Source: Malacoraja senta (lineage: Eukaryota). Taken from it: a stretch of DNA of 64,000 nt. How positions within the stretch are numbered: position 1 is the first letter of the stretch; each line of letters starts with the position of its first letter. The translations under genes were made by a program, and so were the position numbers. Location: the NCBI GenBank assembly GCA_038087875.1, contig JAXLNO010000079.1:310001-374000 (forward strand), given 5' to 3'. Shown here piece after piece: positions 63,171 to 64,000 of this stretch. The notes under the pieces are model-generated. The model was not told where the DNA came from and did not search any database. It saw nothing but the letters and a program-made list of their open reading frames with translations.

Positions 63171-64000
63171 TACATAGAAAATAGGTGCAGGAGTAGGCCA
63201 TTCGGCCCTTCGAGCCAGCACCGCCATTCAATGTGATCATGGCTGATCATCCAGTACCCCGCTCCTGCCTTCTCCCCATATCCCCTGACCCCGCTATCTT
63301 TAAGAGCTCTATCTAACTCTCTCTTGAAAGTATCCAGAGAATTAGCCTCCACTGCCTTCTGAGGCTGATAATTCCACAGATTCACAACTCTCTGGGTGAA
63401 AAAGTGTTTCCTCATCTCAGTTCTAAATGGCCTATCCCTTATTCTTAACCTGTGGCCCCTGGTTCTGGACTCCCCCAACATCGGGAACGTGTTTCCTGCC
63501 TCCAGCGTGTCCAGTCCCTTAATAATCTTATATGTTTCAATAAGATACCCTCTCATCCTTCTAAATTCCAGTGAATACAAGCCCAGTCACTCCATTCTTT
63601 CAACATATGACAGTCCCGCCATCCCAGAATTGACCTCGTGAACCTACGCTCCACTCCCTCAATAGCATGAATGTCCTTCCTCAAATTTGGACCAAAACTG
63701 CACACAATACTCCAGGTGTGGTCTCACTAGGGCCCTGTACAACGGCACAAGGACCTCTTTGATCCTATACTCAACGTTATGAAGGCCAACATGCCATTAG
63801 CTTTCTTCACTGACTGCTGTACCTGCATACTTACTTTCATTGACTGATGAACAAGGTCACCCAAATCTCGCTTACTTCCCATTTTCCTAACTTGACGCCA
63901 TTCAGATAATAATCTGCCTTCCTGTTCTTACCACCAAAGTGGATAACCTCACATTTATCCACATTAAACTGCATCTGACATGCATCTGCCCACTCATCCA
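63171..64000 (-). mobile_element. CR1 LINE 3' portion in ECEL1 intron (runs off window end)
   Basis: RT C-terminal motifs and CR1 3' UTR. Confidence 0.88.

Overview
Eukaryotic (vertebrate) genomic DNA, not prokaryotic. The repeat content (CR1 LINEs with an esterase ORF1, Penelope-like elements, V-SINE/HE1-like SINE, Tc1, Harbinger, Helitron) suggests a cartilaginous fish such as a skate or ray; this is an inference. Two host genes are visible, both on +: the last four coding exons of an SLC12A9-like cation-chloride cotransporter (10966-21833) and the first coding exon of ECEL1 (61932-62696). Most of the remaining recognisable sequence is nested transposon sequence. Main observations: (1) a ~140-bp SINE-like element in three copies whose 5' end folds as a minimal HDV/CPEB3-type ribozyme, starting at the predicted cleavage-site G in the two full-length copies; (2) many Penelope-derived fold-back insertions with 13-16-bp TSDs carrying a hammerhead-like core; (3) a full-length Tc1 with an uninterrupted DD34E transposase resembling Passport; (4) an internally deleted CsRn1-clade Gypsy element whose 5' LTR received two different Nimb/I-type LINE insertions at the same site. 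Coordinates were read by eye; repeat boundaries without TSDs are approximate. Family names come from remembered motifs, not from database searches.
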